The notes under the pieces are model-generated. The model was given only the letters and a program-made list of their open reading frames with translations, made no database searches and had not been told where the DNA came from. From positions 76,733 through 140,732 of the forward strand of contig CAMOSQ010000001.1 in assembly GCA_946624985.1 (NCBI GenBank): a stretch of 64,000 nucleotides of DNA, given 5' to 3'. Positions within the stretch are counted from its first letter, which is position 1. The number at the start of each line of letters is the position of its first letter. The position numbers were made by a program, and so were the translations under genes. This DNA comes from an uncultured Bacillales bacterium. Lineage in GTDB: Bacteria; Bacillota_I; Bacilli_A; RF39; UBA660. This document shows, one piece after another, positions 17,817-27,048 of this stretch.

Positions 17817-18230
17817 ATGAAAAAGTTTTTAGTTATATTATTTTTTTCTTTGATTTTTATTACTGGATGTGGTAATAAGAGAACTACGTATGATGAGATT
17901 AGTTATAGTGATTATAAGATGATGGTTGAAAATAAGGAGTCTTTTCCTCTTGTTATTGGTAGTTCAACTTGTAGTGCTTGTTCTATGTTTAAACCTACTA
18001 TGGAGGCTTTTATTTCTAAGTATAATATTGATGTAAAATATATTGATATTTCTAAGTTATCTGATGAGGAATATAAAGAGTTTTCTGTTTTAGTTGGTTT
18101 TAAGAGTACGCCTACTACTGTTTTTTATAAGGATGGAGAACAATCTTCTAGTTATTTTAGAATTGTTGGAAGTGCTGATTTGAGTAGTGTTGTTGATGCT
18201 TATAAGAGAATGGGTTATATAGGAGGATAA
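17817..18230 (+). CDS. Thioredoxin-fold lipoprotein
   Basis: MKKFLVILFFSLIFITGCGN carries a lipobox. A CSAC active-site motif and a TPT cis-Pro loop are present. Confidence 0.7.
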   Translation: MKKFLVILFFSLIFITGCGNKRTTYDEISYSDYKMMVENKESFPLVIGSSTCSACSMFKPTMEAFISKYNIDVKYIDISKLSDEEYKEFSVLVGFKSTPTTVFYKDGEQSSSYFRIVGSADLSSVVDAYKRMGYIGG

Positions 18231-18231
18231 A

Positions 18232-19185
18232 ATGAATGGTTATTCTATAATTGATAGTATTGGTGAAAATTTAACTGCTAAGGAGTATATTACTAATCCA
18301 GCTATTGCTCGTGATGAAGAGATTAAGAAACTTATGATTGTTTTGCTTACTCCTGATAAATCTGGATTGTTAATTGGTAAGGCTGGTATTGGTAAGACTG
18401 CTATTGTTGAGGGACTTGCTTATATGATACAACAAGGAAATGTTCCGGATGTTTTAAAGGGTTATCAAATTATTAAGGTTAATTCTGCATCTTTAATGAA
18501 TAAGGTTACTATTGATGGTAAGGAATTTTTAGTTGTTAGTTTGCTTGTTGAAGAGTTAAAGAATATGTCTAAGGTAATTTTGTTTATTGATGAAATTCAT
18601 ACTTTAGTAAGTTCTAATGCTGATAGTCCTGTTGATATTGCTAATATTTTGAAACCTGGATTAGATAGAGGTGATATTAAAGTAATAGGCGCTACTACTG
18701 ATGTTGAGTATGAAACTTATGTTGTTCGTGATAGGGCTTTTTTAAGACGTTTTGATAGAATTGATGTTTTGGAGCCTGATGAGCCTACAACTGTAGAAAT
18801 ACTTAAGAAGTCTCTTCCTAGAATTGAACATAAAACAGGTATTAAGTTTAATTATTCTTCATATGTTGTTGATTTGCTTTTGGAGTCTATTGTAAGTGCG
18901 ACTAGTGAGTTTAAGCGTGTTTATGGTTTAGCTGCAATGTATCCTGATGTTTCTTTTTCTGTGTTGTCTCAGGCATTTTCTCTTGCGTTAGTTGATAATA
19001 GGGATAGTGTATCTATTCTTGATGTTTATAATGCTATTAAGATTAGCAAACGTATTTATCCTGATAGTATTGTTAAGGAACTTGCTTTGTTTAGGGATAA
19101 GTTTGCTAAGTATTGTGTCGAATATGGTATTGAGTTACCTGTTATAACAATTGATGATATAGAAGTTGTTGATGAAATTAGGTGA
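18232..19185 (+). CDS. Stand-alone AAA+ ATPase resembling the D1 module of Clp/Hsp100
   Basis: ARDEEIKKLMIVL..., GKAGIGKTAIVEGLAYMIQQGNVP (Walker A), ILFIDEIHTLV (Walker B), LKPGLDRGDIKVIGATT..EY and RAFLRRFDRIDVLEP. There is no N-domain, middle domain or D2. Confidence 0.75.
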   Translation: MNGYSIIDSIGENLTAKEYITNPAIARDEEIKKLMIVLLTPDKSGLLIGKAGIGKTAIVEGLAYMIQQGNVPDVLKGYQIIKVNSASLMNKVTIDGKEFLVVSLLVEELKNMSKVILFIDEIHTLVSSNADSPVDIANILKPGLDRGDIKVIGATTDVEYETYVVRDRAFLRRFDRIDVLEPDEPTTVEILKKSLPRIEHKTGIKFNYSSYVVDLLLESIVSATSEFKRVYGLAAMYPDVSFSVLSQAFSLALVDNRDSVSILDVYNAIKISKRIYPDSIVKELALFRDKFAKYCVEYGIELPVITIDDIEVVDEIR

Positions 19186-19567
19186 TATAGTGAAGTATAA
19201 AAATTATATTATATTATTTGTTACTTATATTTTTACTATTGGTTTTGTTTTTTATTGCTCTACTGTTTATAAGAAATCTTTGTATAATTCTGAGATTAAT
19301 GTTAATGATGTAACTAGTTCAGATTATAATACTATTTTTAGTAATGTTTATAATTATAGTTTGGAGCATTCTAGTTTTAAAATTTATGTATCTGATAGTG
19401 TTTGTGAAGATATTGGTGATAATTTGTTTATTGATATTAATAGGATTAAAATTGGTGATTTGAATAAGTTGATATCTGAATTTGGATATAGTTATACTGT
19501 TCATAAGGATGATTCGTTTTATATTGTATTTAATGATGGAAGGATTGTTGATGTAGTTCATGATTAA
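19172..19567 (+). CDS. Hypothetical membrane-anchored protein
   Basis: One TM helix (YIILFVTYIFTIGFVFY). It overlaps the end of the AAA+ gene; the start is either ATG 19172 or GTG 19190. Confidence 0.45.
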   Translation: MKLGDIVKYKNYIILFVTYIFTIGFVFYCSTVYKKSLYNSEINVNDVTSSDYNTIFSNVYNYSLEHSSFKIYVSDSVCEDIGDNLFIDINRIKIGDLNKLISEFGYSYTVHKDDSFYIVFNDGRIVDVVHD

Positions 19568-20066
19568 TGTTGTTTTGTTTGAACCTGAGATTCCTCAAAA
19601 TACTGGTAATATTATGAGAACATGTGCTGGAACTGGTGTTATGCTTCATTTGATTGAGCCTTTAGGTTTTAAGCTTGATGATGCACATATTAAAAGAAGC
19701 GGTGTTAATTATATTGAACATTGTAATTATAAGGTTTATTCTAGTTTTGATGAGTTTATGAGTATGAATGATGGTGAGTTTTATTTTTTTACTAGATATG
19801 GTCATAAACCGCATACTTCTTTTGATTTTTCTGATGTTAATTCTAATATTTATTTAGTTTTTGGTAAGGAAAGTACTGGTATTCCTAAAGAGATTCTTAA
19901 GAATCATTTGGATCGTTGTATGAGAATCCCTATGAATGATAATATTAGAGCTCTAAATTTATCTAATAGTGTAGCTGTAGGTGTATTTGAGGTATTGCGT
20001 CAGCAAAATTATAGAGATTTATTATTTGATGAACCATTTAAAGGGAAAGACTATCTTGAAAGATAG
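19560..20066 (+). CDS. trmL: tRNA (cytidine/uridine-34 2'-O)-methyltransferase, SpoU family
   Basis: VVLFEPEIPQNTGNIMRTCAGTG..LHLIEPLGF..DD...KRSG.NY and GKESTGIP...RIPM, with the size and motifs of TrmL/YibK. Confidence 0.8.
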   Translation: MINVVLFEPEIPQNTGNIMRTCAGTGVMLHLIEPLGFKLDDAHIKRSGVNYIEHCNYKVYSSFDEFMSMNDGEFYFFTRYGHKPHTSFDFSDVNSNIYLVFGKESTGIPKEILKNHLDRCMRIPMNDNIRALNLSNSVAVGVFEVLRQQNYRDLLFDEPFKGKDYLER

Positions 20067-20103
20067 TTTATAATAGTTATTTATATTTGGATAGGTGAGA
20101 TTT

Positions 20104-21657
20104 ATGGTTATAAAAATATACGAAAAAATTAATTCAAATAGAAATTTTTTTGTATTATTTTTTATTATGTTAATGTTGTTATCTTCAATTAATATTTTTA
20201 ATAGTGGTTTAATCACTGGTGATGATATTAATTTTCATATACATCGAATAATTGGTATTGTTGATAATATAAGAATAGGCAGATATGTTCCTGTATATTT
20301 TAATTATTTAAATGGTTTTGGGTATGGTAATGGATTGTTTTATCCTGATTTATTTTTATATATTCCTGCATTATTAAATTATTTGGGAATTGATATTATT
20401 TTGTCGTTAAAGATTTTTATTTTAATTATTAATGCTTTTTCTATATATACAATGTATTTATGTGTTTATAGGATTACTAAAGAAAAAAAATGTGCATATA
20501 CTTCTATGTTTTTGTATGCCTTATGTAATTATAGACTTATTGATTTTGTTTCCAGGGGTTCACTTGGTGAAATGATTTCTTTTGTTTTTTTTCCTTTAAT
20601 TGTACTTGGATTATATGAAATTTTTTTTGGTGAATCTAGGAAAGGTTATTTTTTAACTATAGGTCTTAGTGGTCTATGTTTTTCTCATGTGATTAGTTTT
20701 TATTTAATGTGTTTTTTCACTTTTTTGTTTATTATTTTTAATATAAAGTTATTGAGAGATAAATTTAGATTGAAGTTTTTATTGTTTTATATATTTTTAG
20801 CTATGATAATAACTATACATTTTTGGTTGCCTATGCTAGAGCAATTATTTTTTGATAGTTTCAGGATAGATGCACATAGAAAGATTTTTGAGAATATTAT
20901 TCCCATCTATTTTCTTTTTTTAGATGTGCCTTATAATCTTATTACTAATTATTATATTGCTGGTGTTGGAATCATTTATTATATTAGTATTGTTAAGTAT
21001 TATAAGTTTATAAAATTAGATAGATTTCTTTTGTCTATTGTGATTTTATGTGTTATAGCTACGGCATTTGTTTCTATTAAACTTGTTTGGAAAATTGACA
21101 TATTTTATAAATTGTTTAGTGTTATTCAATTTCCTTGGAGATTTTATATTATTTCTTCGGTTTTTTTTATAATTTGTTTCTCTATTTTGCTTAAATATAT
21201 TCGTTTTAGTAAGTTTTTACACTTTTGTTTTATTTATATAGGTTTAGTTTTTGTGTTTAATTCTTTTCTATTTTCTTTTAATTTATATATGAAAGAGCCT
21301 TTTAAAGATGAAATAATGGTAGGTGAATATTTACCAAAAGGTTTTGATATGGATATTATTTATAATTATAAAAATAATGATATTTTGTATAGTAGGAATT
21401 CTGATGTATTAAATGTTGATGTTATTAATAATGTTGATTTTGTTGAACTACCTTTGATTTATTATCGAGGCTACAAAGCATGTGATAAATTTTGTTATAA
21501 AACTTTTAAAACTGATAATGGGTTATTAGGGGTTAAAATTGACGATATAGGAAGTTTTAATGTTAAGTATTCAGGTACACAAATATATAATATAACTAAA
21601 TATGTAAGTCTTTTTGGTGTTTTTCTTTTGGTTTATGTTATTAAAAGAAATATATGA
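20104..21657 (+). CDS. Polytopic membrane protein, GT-C-like (PTPS-related / COG5617-like)
   Basis: More than 10 predicted TM helices. The N-terminal loop GDDINFHIHRIIGIVDNIRIGRYVPVYFNYLNGFGYGNGLFYP resembles the HD..H..R....G..P.W...GYG.P.F.FY motif of that family. Confidence 0.5.
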   Translation: MVIKIYEKINSNRNFFVLFFIMLMLLSSINIFNSGLITGDDINFHIHRIIGIVDNIRIGRYVPVYFNYLNGFGYGNGLFYPDLFLYIPALLNYLGIDIILSLKIFILIINAFSIYTMYLCVYRITKEKKCAYTSMFLYALCNYRLIDFVSRGSLGEMISFVFFPLIVLGLYEIFFGESRKGYFLTIGLSGLCFSHVISFYLMCFFTFLFIIFNIKLLRDKFRLKFLLFYIFLAMIITIHFWLPMLEQLFFDSFRIDAHRKIFENIIPIYFLFLDVPYNLITNYYIAGVGIIYYISIVKYYKFIKLDRFLLSIVILCVIATAFVSIKLVWKIDIFYKLFSVIQFPWRFYIISSVFFIICFSILLKYIRFSKFLHFCFIYIGLVFVFNSFLFSFNLYMKEPFKDEIMVGEYLPKGFDMDIIYNYKNNDILYSRNSDVLNVDVINNVDFVELPLIYYRGYKACDKFCYKTFKTDNGLLGVKIDDIGSFNVKYSGTQIYNITKYVSLFGVFLLVYVIKRNI

Positions 21658-21698
21658 ATTTTAGTTAATGTGGTAAAATTATATATAGAATGAGGTGT

Positions 21699-24098
21699 AT
21701 GATGAGAAAGTATAAGAAATTAATTTATGGGATTTTATCTTTTTTTATTTCTTTTTTATTATTGGTTATTGTATTTTATTTAAAAGGTTTTTTTGATAAG
21801 AAAACTGTAATGTATACAGATGCTTATGCTCAATATTATCCATTATTTAATTATTTAAAAGGAATTATAAATGGAACAGCTAGTATTTTTTATTCTTTTA
21901 ATAAAAACTTTGGTGGAACAATGTTTGGTACATTTTTTTACTATTTATCTAGTCCTTTAAATATATTTGTGAAGTTTATAAGTAGAGAGTATATTATGTT
22001 ATTCTTTTTATGGCTTATAATTTTTAAAATAAGTTTTTGTAGTTTAAGTATGTATTTATATATGACTTATAAGCATAAGAAATGTGATTTGTTAATTCTT
22101 TGTTTTAGTGTTTGTTATGGATTTATGGGTTATAATATTAATTTCTTTGTTAATTTTATGTGGTTAGATGTTGTTGTTCTTGCTCCAATAGTTTTGATTG
22201 GTTTGGATAAATTAATTAATAAAGATTCACCTTTATTATATATTACTTCATTATTTATTAGTATTTTTTCTAATTATTATATATCATATATGTTGTGTAT
22301 ATTTTGTGTTTTATATTTTATATATGAGGTATTTATAAAATATACTGATAAGAAGGAAATATTGCAGTTGTCAAAGAAGTTTATTATTATTTCTTTGCTT
22401 ACAGGAATGATGTGTTCGTTTTTTTTGATACCATGTTTTTTTGAATCTAGAAATTATTTTAGAGGCTTAGATGTACATAATATCTTTGTTTTTGATTATA
22501 ATATTTTTGATATTTTTTCTAAATCTTTTATTGGATCTATTGCTTTTAAGGATTTACTTAATAATGGTAGTATGAATTTATATTGCGGTGTTTCTGTTTT
22601 TCCTCTTGTATATATGTTTTTGGTTAATAAGAATATATCTAAGAAAAAAAGAATTTTAACTTTATTTTTAATATTATTTATGATTTTACCATGCTTTATT
22701 TTTCCTCTAAATTATGTTTGGCATTTGTTTTCAAAACCTAATTATTATACTTATAGATATAGCTTTTTGTTATGTTTCTTTTTGATTAATATCGCATATG
22801 AGTCTTATGAAAATATGAATTTTAATAAGTTGCATGTTTTATTTTATTTAGCTGTTTATTGCATGATTTCCTTTTATTTTATTTTGATAGTATGTTTTGG
22901 ACAGTATTATGATTTTTTAAGTTATAAATGTATATGGATTACGCTTTTATTTTTATTTATTTATTTATTCTTATTTAAAAATAAAAATGTTTTTAGTAAA
23001 TTGTTAATTTGTTGTTGTTTATTGATTGAAAATATTTTAAATATAGGTATTGTATTTAATGATCCTGTTTTTTTTAAAAAAAAGGATAGCGTTGATGAAT
23101 ACTATTTAAATATTATAGAAAAATATGGTAATGATAGGTTGGATTTTACAGATTATAATTCGCTTAATGATTCAATTTTATATGAGTATTATGGTATAAA
23201 TAATTTTTTGTCTACAAATAACAGTAGGGTAATGCGTATTATTTCAAAGATGGCACTTAAAGGTAACTATATTAATCAAAATTTATATAGTTATCAGAAA
23301 GGACAATATATATTTGATTCTATTATAGGTCTGAAGTATGTTGTTTCTACATATAAGATTGATAATTATATATTAATCGATGAATTTAAAACTGATGATA
23401 ATAATTTTTATGTTTATGAAAATCCTAATTCTATAGGAATTGGGTACATTATAAAGAATGAGTGTAATAATATTGAATTTGATTTTAAATATGATGAGAA
23501 AGTATTTAATTGTATTAGTGGTAGTAAAGGTTCCTTTTATAGTGAATATCCTATTAAAAAAAATAATAATGAGTTTAGTTCAATAATAGGTAAGGCATCT
23601 GATTTTTATTTGTATTATCCAAACATTTCTAGAATTAATCTTAAAGTGGATGATACTGTTTTATATCGTTCAAAGAATTATGTTTTTTTTCAAAATAATA
23701 AAAAAAATTATGATTTTAAATTTAGTATTTATGATGATGTTGATATGGATAATCTTAAAATTTATAGTTTTGATTTTGATAAGTTTAAATCTAGTGTGAA
23801 GGATATGAAAAAGGAAATATTAAATTATAATATTGATGATGATGGATTTGTTGGCAGTATAGATACTGATGGTGGATTGTTGATGATTACTATTCCTTAT
23901 GAAAAGGGTTTGATTGTTAAAGTTGATGGTCAAAAGGTTGATTATAGAGAAGTTATTGATACATTTATTGGAATTGATTTAGATAAAGGTAAACATGAAA
24001 TAACTATTAATTATTCACAGCCTAATTGGGAGCTAGGGGTATGTATAAGTTTTTTATCTTTTATGTTAATTATATTTTATGTAAAAAAACTTTACTAA
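21699..24098 (+). CDS. YfhO-family-like polytopic membrane protein (putative envelope glycosyltransferase)
   Basis: About 800 aa, with many N-terminal TM helices, a large extracytoplasmic C-domain and a terminal TM helix (VCISFLSFMLIIFYV). The N-terminus DAYAQYYPLFNYL is YfhO-like. Confidence 0.55.
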   Translation: MMRKYKKLIYGILSFFISFLLLVIVFYLKGFFDKKTVMYTDAYAQYYPLFNYLKGIINGTASIFYSFNKNFGGTMFGTFFYYLSSPLNIFVKFISREYIMLFFLWLIIFKISFCSLSMYLYMTYKHKKCDLLILCFSVCYGFMGYNINFFVNFMWLDVVVLAPIVLIGLDKLINKDSPLLYITSLFISIFSNYYISYMLCIFCVLYFIYEVFIKYTDKKEILQLSKKFIIISLLTGMMCSFFLIPCFFESRNYFRGLDVHNIFVFDYNIFDIFSKSFIGSIAFKDLLNNGSMNLYCGVSVFPLVYMFLVNKNISKKKRILTLFLILFMILPCFIFPLNYVWHLFSKPNYYTYRYSFLLCFFLINIAYESYENMNFNKLHVLFYLAVYCMISFYFILIVCFGQYYDFLSYKCIWITLLFLFIYLFLFKNKNVFSKLLICCCLLIENILNIGIVFNDPVFFKKKDSVDEYYLNIIEKYGNDRLDFTDYNSLNDSILYEYYGINNFLSTNNSRVMRIISKMALKGNYINQNLYSYQKGQYIFDSIIGLKYVVSTYKIDNYILIDEFKTDDNNFYVYENPNSIGIGYIIKNECNNIEFDFKYDEKVFNCISGSKGSFYSEYPIKKNNNEFSSIIGKASDFYLYYPNISRINLKVDDTVLYRSKNYVFFQNNKKNYDFKFSIYDDVDMDNLKIYSFDFDKFKSSVKDMKKEILNYNIDDDGFVGSIDTDGGLLMITIPYEKGLIVKVDGQKVDYREVIDTFIGIDLDKGKHEITINYSQPNWELGVCISFLSFMLIIFYVKKLY

Positions 24099-24111
24099 GT
24101 AAAAAAAATAA

Positions 24112-24119
24112 TGTATAAT
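24112..24119 (+). promoter_or_regulatory. Extended -10 box (TGTATAAT) upstream of pilin-like gene A
   Basis: TGnTATAAT lies 33 nt upstream of the ATG at 24152. The same box type precedes most operons in the window. Confidence 0.45.
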
Positions 24120-24151
24120 TGAATTATGATATCATAAGGGAGGTGAAGTTG

Positions 24152-24397
24152 ATGAAAGAGGCTGCAGGAGAAGCAAATATGACTGTAATAACAATTGTTT
24201 TAATTGGTGTTGTTGCAGCAGTAGGTTTATTATTAGTTCCAAGACTTATGGGCAATGTTAAGGCAAGAGCATGTTGTACTGATGGTGGTGGATATGTGAG
24301 TGGTTCTTATTGTTTGTGGGGTAAGAATAGTTATGGAAAACTTACTGGTGATACTTTTAAAACAAATGAATATTTTAGTGCTTGTATGGCTGACTAA
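24152..24397 (+). CDS. Pilin-like small protein A (N-terminal hydrophobic helix, Cys-rich head)
   Basis: MKEAAGEANMTVITIVLIGVVAAVGLLLVPRLM is followed by a 48-aa part with five Cys. RBS is GGGAGGTG. Confidence 0.55.
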   Translation: MKEAAGEANMTVITIVLIGVVAAVGLLLVPRLMGNVKARACCTDGGGYVSGSYCLWGKNSYGKLTGDTFKTNEYFSACMAD

Positions 24398-24462
24398 AAT
24401 TTTGATTGTTTATAATTTATTTTTAAACGATTTATTATTATATAAAGAAGGGTGGTGATATT

Positions 24463-24681
24463 GTGAAAGAGGCAGCAGGAGAAGCAAATATGACTGTAAT
24501 AACAATTGTTTTAATTGGTGTTGTTGCAGCAGTAGGTTTATTATTAGTACCAAGATTGATGTCTAATATTAAAAAGAAATCATGTTGTACAGATTCAGCT
24601 GGAATTTGGTCTGGAAATAAGTGTGTTTCAGCAGCTGGTATTTTTTTCGATGAAACTGCATATAATAGTTGTGCACAATAA
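24463..24681 (+). CDS. Pilin-like small protein B (paralog of A)
   Basis: GTG start after GGGTGGTG. The first 33 aa are identical to A and the DNA is near-identical across about 95 nt. The C-terminal part is divergent with four Cys (SCCTD...C...C). Confidence 0.55.
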   Translation: MKEAAGEANMTVITIVLIGVVAAVGLLLVPRLMSNIKKKSCCTDSAGIWSGNKCVSAAGIFFDETAYNSCAQ

Positions 24682-24736
24682 TGGTTCGTTCTATTTTCTA
24701 TTATAATTTTATTTGTTTCATGAAATAAATAAAAGT

Positions 24737-24762
24737 GATAACTTTAAATGTTATCTCTTTTT
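24737..24762 (+). terminator. Terminator hairpin
   Basis: GATAAC-TTTAAAT-GTTATC followed by TCTTTTT. Confidence 0.55.
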
Positions 24763-24817
24763 AATTTGTATATTTTTTTTTTTTATGGTATAATTTCTAT
24801 AGAATAGGAAGGGTATT

Positions 24818-26407
24818 ATGATATTTAAGAAACCTTATGCATTTTTTATTAAGTTTTTTAAGTTTTTTCATTTAATTATATTTTTACTTTCTTCTATATT
24901 ATTATATAGGACTTCTTTAGTATATAATTTTATGATGGAATATTGTAAGTCTAACCCTAATGTTATAGGTAAGAACTTAACTTCGACTTTGTTTGTATGG
25001 TGGGTTTATTTATTAATATTTATAATACTTGCTGTTAATATATTGATAATTATTGTTTTAATTCGTAAGGTAAAACCTTATATGTATTATATTTTTAATA
25101 TAGGTTTATACATTTTTGTTGCGGTTGTTTTTATTGTGTCTCATCGTGTTATTGGAAATATGCAAACTATGTTAGTCGCTACTAAAACTACTTTAGCAAT
25201 TCGTGATTTTCTTAATTTAGCTCGTTTGTTTCAGACTGTAAGTGTTGTATTTTATTTAATACGTTCTACAGGTTTTGATATTAAAAAGTTTGATTTTGTT
25301 AGAGATTTGCATGGAATGGATATTTCTGAAGAAGATAGTGAAGAAATAGAAGTGTCTGTAGAATTTGAGGGTAATGTTTTTATTAGAAATATTAGAAAAG
25401 AATTAAGAAATATTAGATATTATTATAAAGAAAATAAGTTCATTATTAATATTTTTTCTATGTTATTTCTTTCTTTTATATTTTTATTTATTTATTTTAG
25501 TTTTAATAAGTATGATAAGGTTTATAATGAGAATAGTTTTTTTAGTGTTGGTGGATATAATATTGGAGTAAAATCTAGTAGTATTTTAAGTACTGATTTT
25601 ATGGGCAATAAGATTGTTTCTGATGATAGTGTGTTAGTTGTTATTAAGTTTTCTGTAAAAGGATTGGAACCATTATCTTCTTCAAAGTTTGTATTGGTTG
25701 TTAATGGTATGCAGTATTATCCTGTTAGCGGATATGATTCATATCTTACTGATTTAGGAATTGTTTATAATAATCAATTAATTAATAATGAGTTTAGTGA
25801 TTATTTGTTTGTTTATTCAATTCCTAAGGATAGTGCTGAATCTTCTATGATTTTTAGATGTATAGATAGTATTAATTTTAAGAGGGGAAATACTATAGTT
25901 AATTCTATTGATGTTAAACTTGATCCTATTAATTATGACAATGCAGATATTAAAACTTATGAATATGGTTTGAATAATGTTATTGATATTGACGATTACA
26001 AAGTTAATATTGTTGATTATGATATTAGTAAATCTTTTGTTGTTAATTATAATTCTTGTATTTTACCTAATGAGTGCTATGATTTTAAGGAAGTTTTATT
26101 ACCTAGCTTAATGAGAAATAGGGAAAAGATTTTATTAAAGTTAAATGGTAGTGTTAGTAATTCTATAGGTAATTTAAATATGTATAAGTTTATTAAAAAT
26201 TATGGAAGTATTGATTATGTATATATTGGAAATAATTATACAGAAATTTCTGATTTTAATGTTGTTGTTTCTTCTAAGTCTAGTCTTTCTAATGTTTATT
26301 ATATAGAAGTTGATAAGGAGATTATGGATGCATCTTCAATCAAATTTAATTTTAATTTTAGAGATCGAAAATATAGTTATATTTTAAGGGGTGATAGTAA
26401 TGAGTAA
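24818..26407 (+). CDS. Membrane protein of unknown function (N-terminal multi-TM block, acidic linker, TM helix, large extracytoplasmic domain)
   Basis: The long ORF is preceded by T12 plus TGGTATAAT. Hydrophobic segments occupy residues 1-160 and about 210-230. Confidence 0.55.
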   Translation: MIFKKPYAFFIKFFKFFHLIIFLLSSILLYRTSLVYNFMMEYCKSNPNVIGKNLTSTLFVWWVYLLIFIILAVNILIIIVLIRKVKPYMYYIFNIGLYIFVAVVFIVSHRVIGNMQTMLVATKTTLAIRDFLNLARLFQTVSVVFYLIRSTGFDIKKFDFVRDLHGMDISEEDSEEIEVSVEFEGNVFIRNIRKELRNIRYYYKENKFIINIFSMLFLSFIFLFIYFSFNKYDKVYNENSFFSVGGYNIGVKSSSILSTDFMGNKIVSDDSVLVVIKFSVKGLEPLSSSKFVLVVNGMQYYPVSGYDSYLTDLGIVYNNQLINNEFSDYLFVYSIPKDSAESSMIFRCIDSINFKRGNTIVNSIDVKLDPINYDNADIKTYEYGLNNVIDIDDYKVNIVDYDISKSFVVNYNSCILPNECYDFKEVLLPSLMRNREKILLKLNGSVSNSIGNLNMYKFIKNYGSIDYVYIGNNYTEISDFNVVVSSKSSLSNVYYIEVDKEIMDASSIKFNFNFRDRKYSYILRGDSNE

Positions 26408-27020
26408 ATTAAGAATTTTATTGTTTTTACTTATTGTTCCCTTATCTGTAAGTGCGGCTTGTGATTCTTCTAGTTTATCAAGATATAAGAGTTTAGCTGC
26501 GAATATAAATAATTATTATGAGTATAATGGAAGCAGTTTTGATGTTACATTTTATAATGTTTCTAATGAACTTAAAATCGTAAATAAAAGTAATGGACAG
26601 GAATTTTTTCCTAATTCTAATTTTGGAGATGTTGTAGTAAATAATTTATCTAGTGGAGATGTGGGTAATTTTGCTGTATATCCTTCTACTGGTGAATGTA
26701 GTGCTTATAGGGTTTTTACTTTTTATATTAATCTTCCATATTATAATAGTTATTCAAGTGATCCTATTTGTGTTAATAATAGTAGTACTTTATGTTCTAA
26801 ATGGTCAAATACTAGTATGTATAGCTATGAACAGTTTGTTAATGCTGTAAAAAAAGATAAGAAGGAAGAAATTGTAACTCCTCCTCCAGAGGTTGAATCA
26901 CGAAGATATGGATTTTTTGATTTTTTAGGTGATTATTATATTTATATTTTATTATTTATAATTATTAGTGGTTCTATAGGAATATATTTCTTGGATAAGA
27001 AAAGTAAATTTGATTTTTAA
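26400..27020 (+). CDS. Secreted Cys-containing protein with a C-terminal TM anchor
   Basis: Signal peptide MSKLRILLFLLIVPLSVSA and C-terminal helix YYIYILLFIIISGSIGIYFL. The ATG overlaps the upstream stop, consistent with translational coupling. Confidence 0.5.
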   Translation: MSKLRILLFLLIVPLSVSAACDSSSLSRYKSLAANINNYYEYNGSSFDVTFYNVSNELKIVNKSNGQEFFPNSNFGDVVVNNLSSGDVGNFAVYPSTGECSAYRVFTFYINLPYYNSYSSDPICVNNSSTLCSKWSNTSMYSYEQFVNAVKKDKKEEIVTPPPEVESRRYGFFDFLGDYYIYILLFIIISGSIGIYFLDKKSKFDF

Positions 27021-27048
27021 AAAAAATGAAGGGTTTCCTTCATTTTTG
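27020..27048. terminator. Bidirectional terminator between convergent genes
   Basis: AAAAAATGAAGG-GTTT-CCTTCATTTTT. Confidence 0.7.

Noticed and set aside
24152-24681. Classification of the two small proteins as canonical Flp pilins, Com-type pseudopilins or double-glycine bacteriocins
   Set aside because: They lack G/XXXXEY (Flp), G/FTLxE (type IVa/Com) and a GG leader, and no ABC-C39 exporter or immunity gene is adjacent. I keep them only as non-canonical pilin-like candidates.
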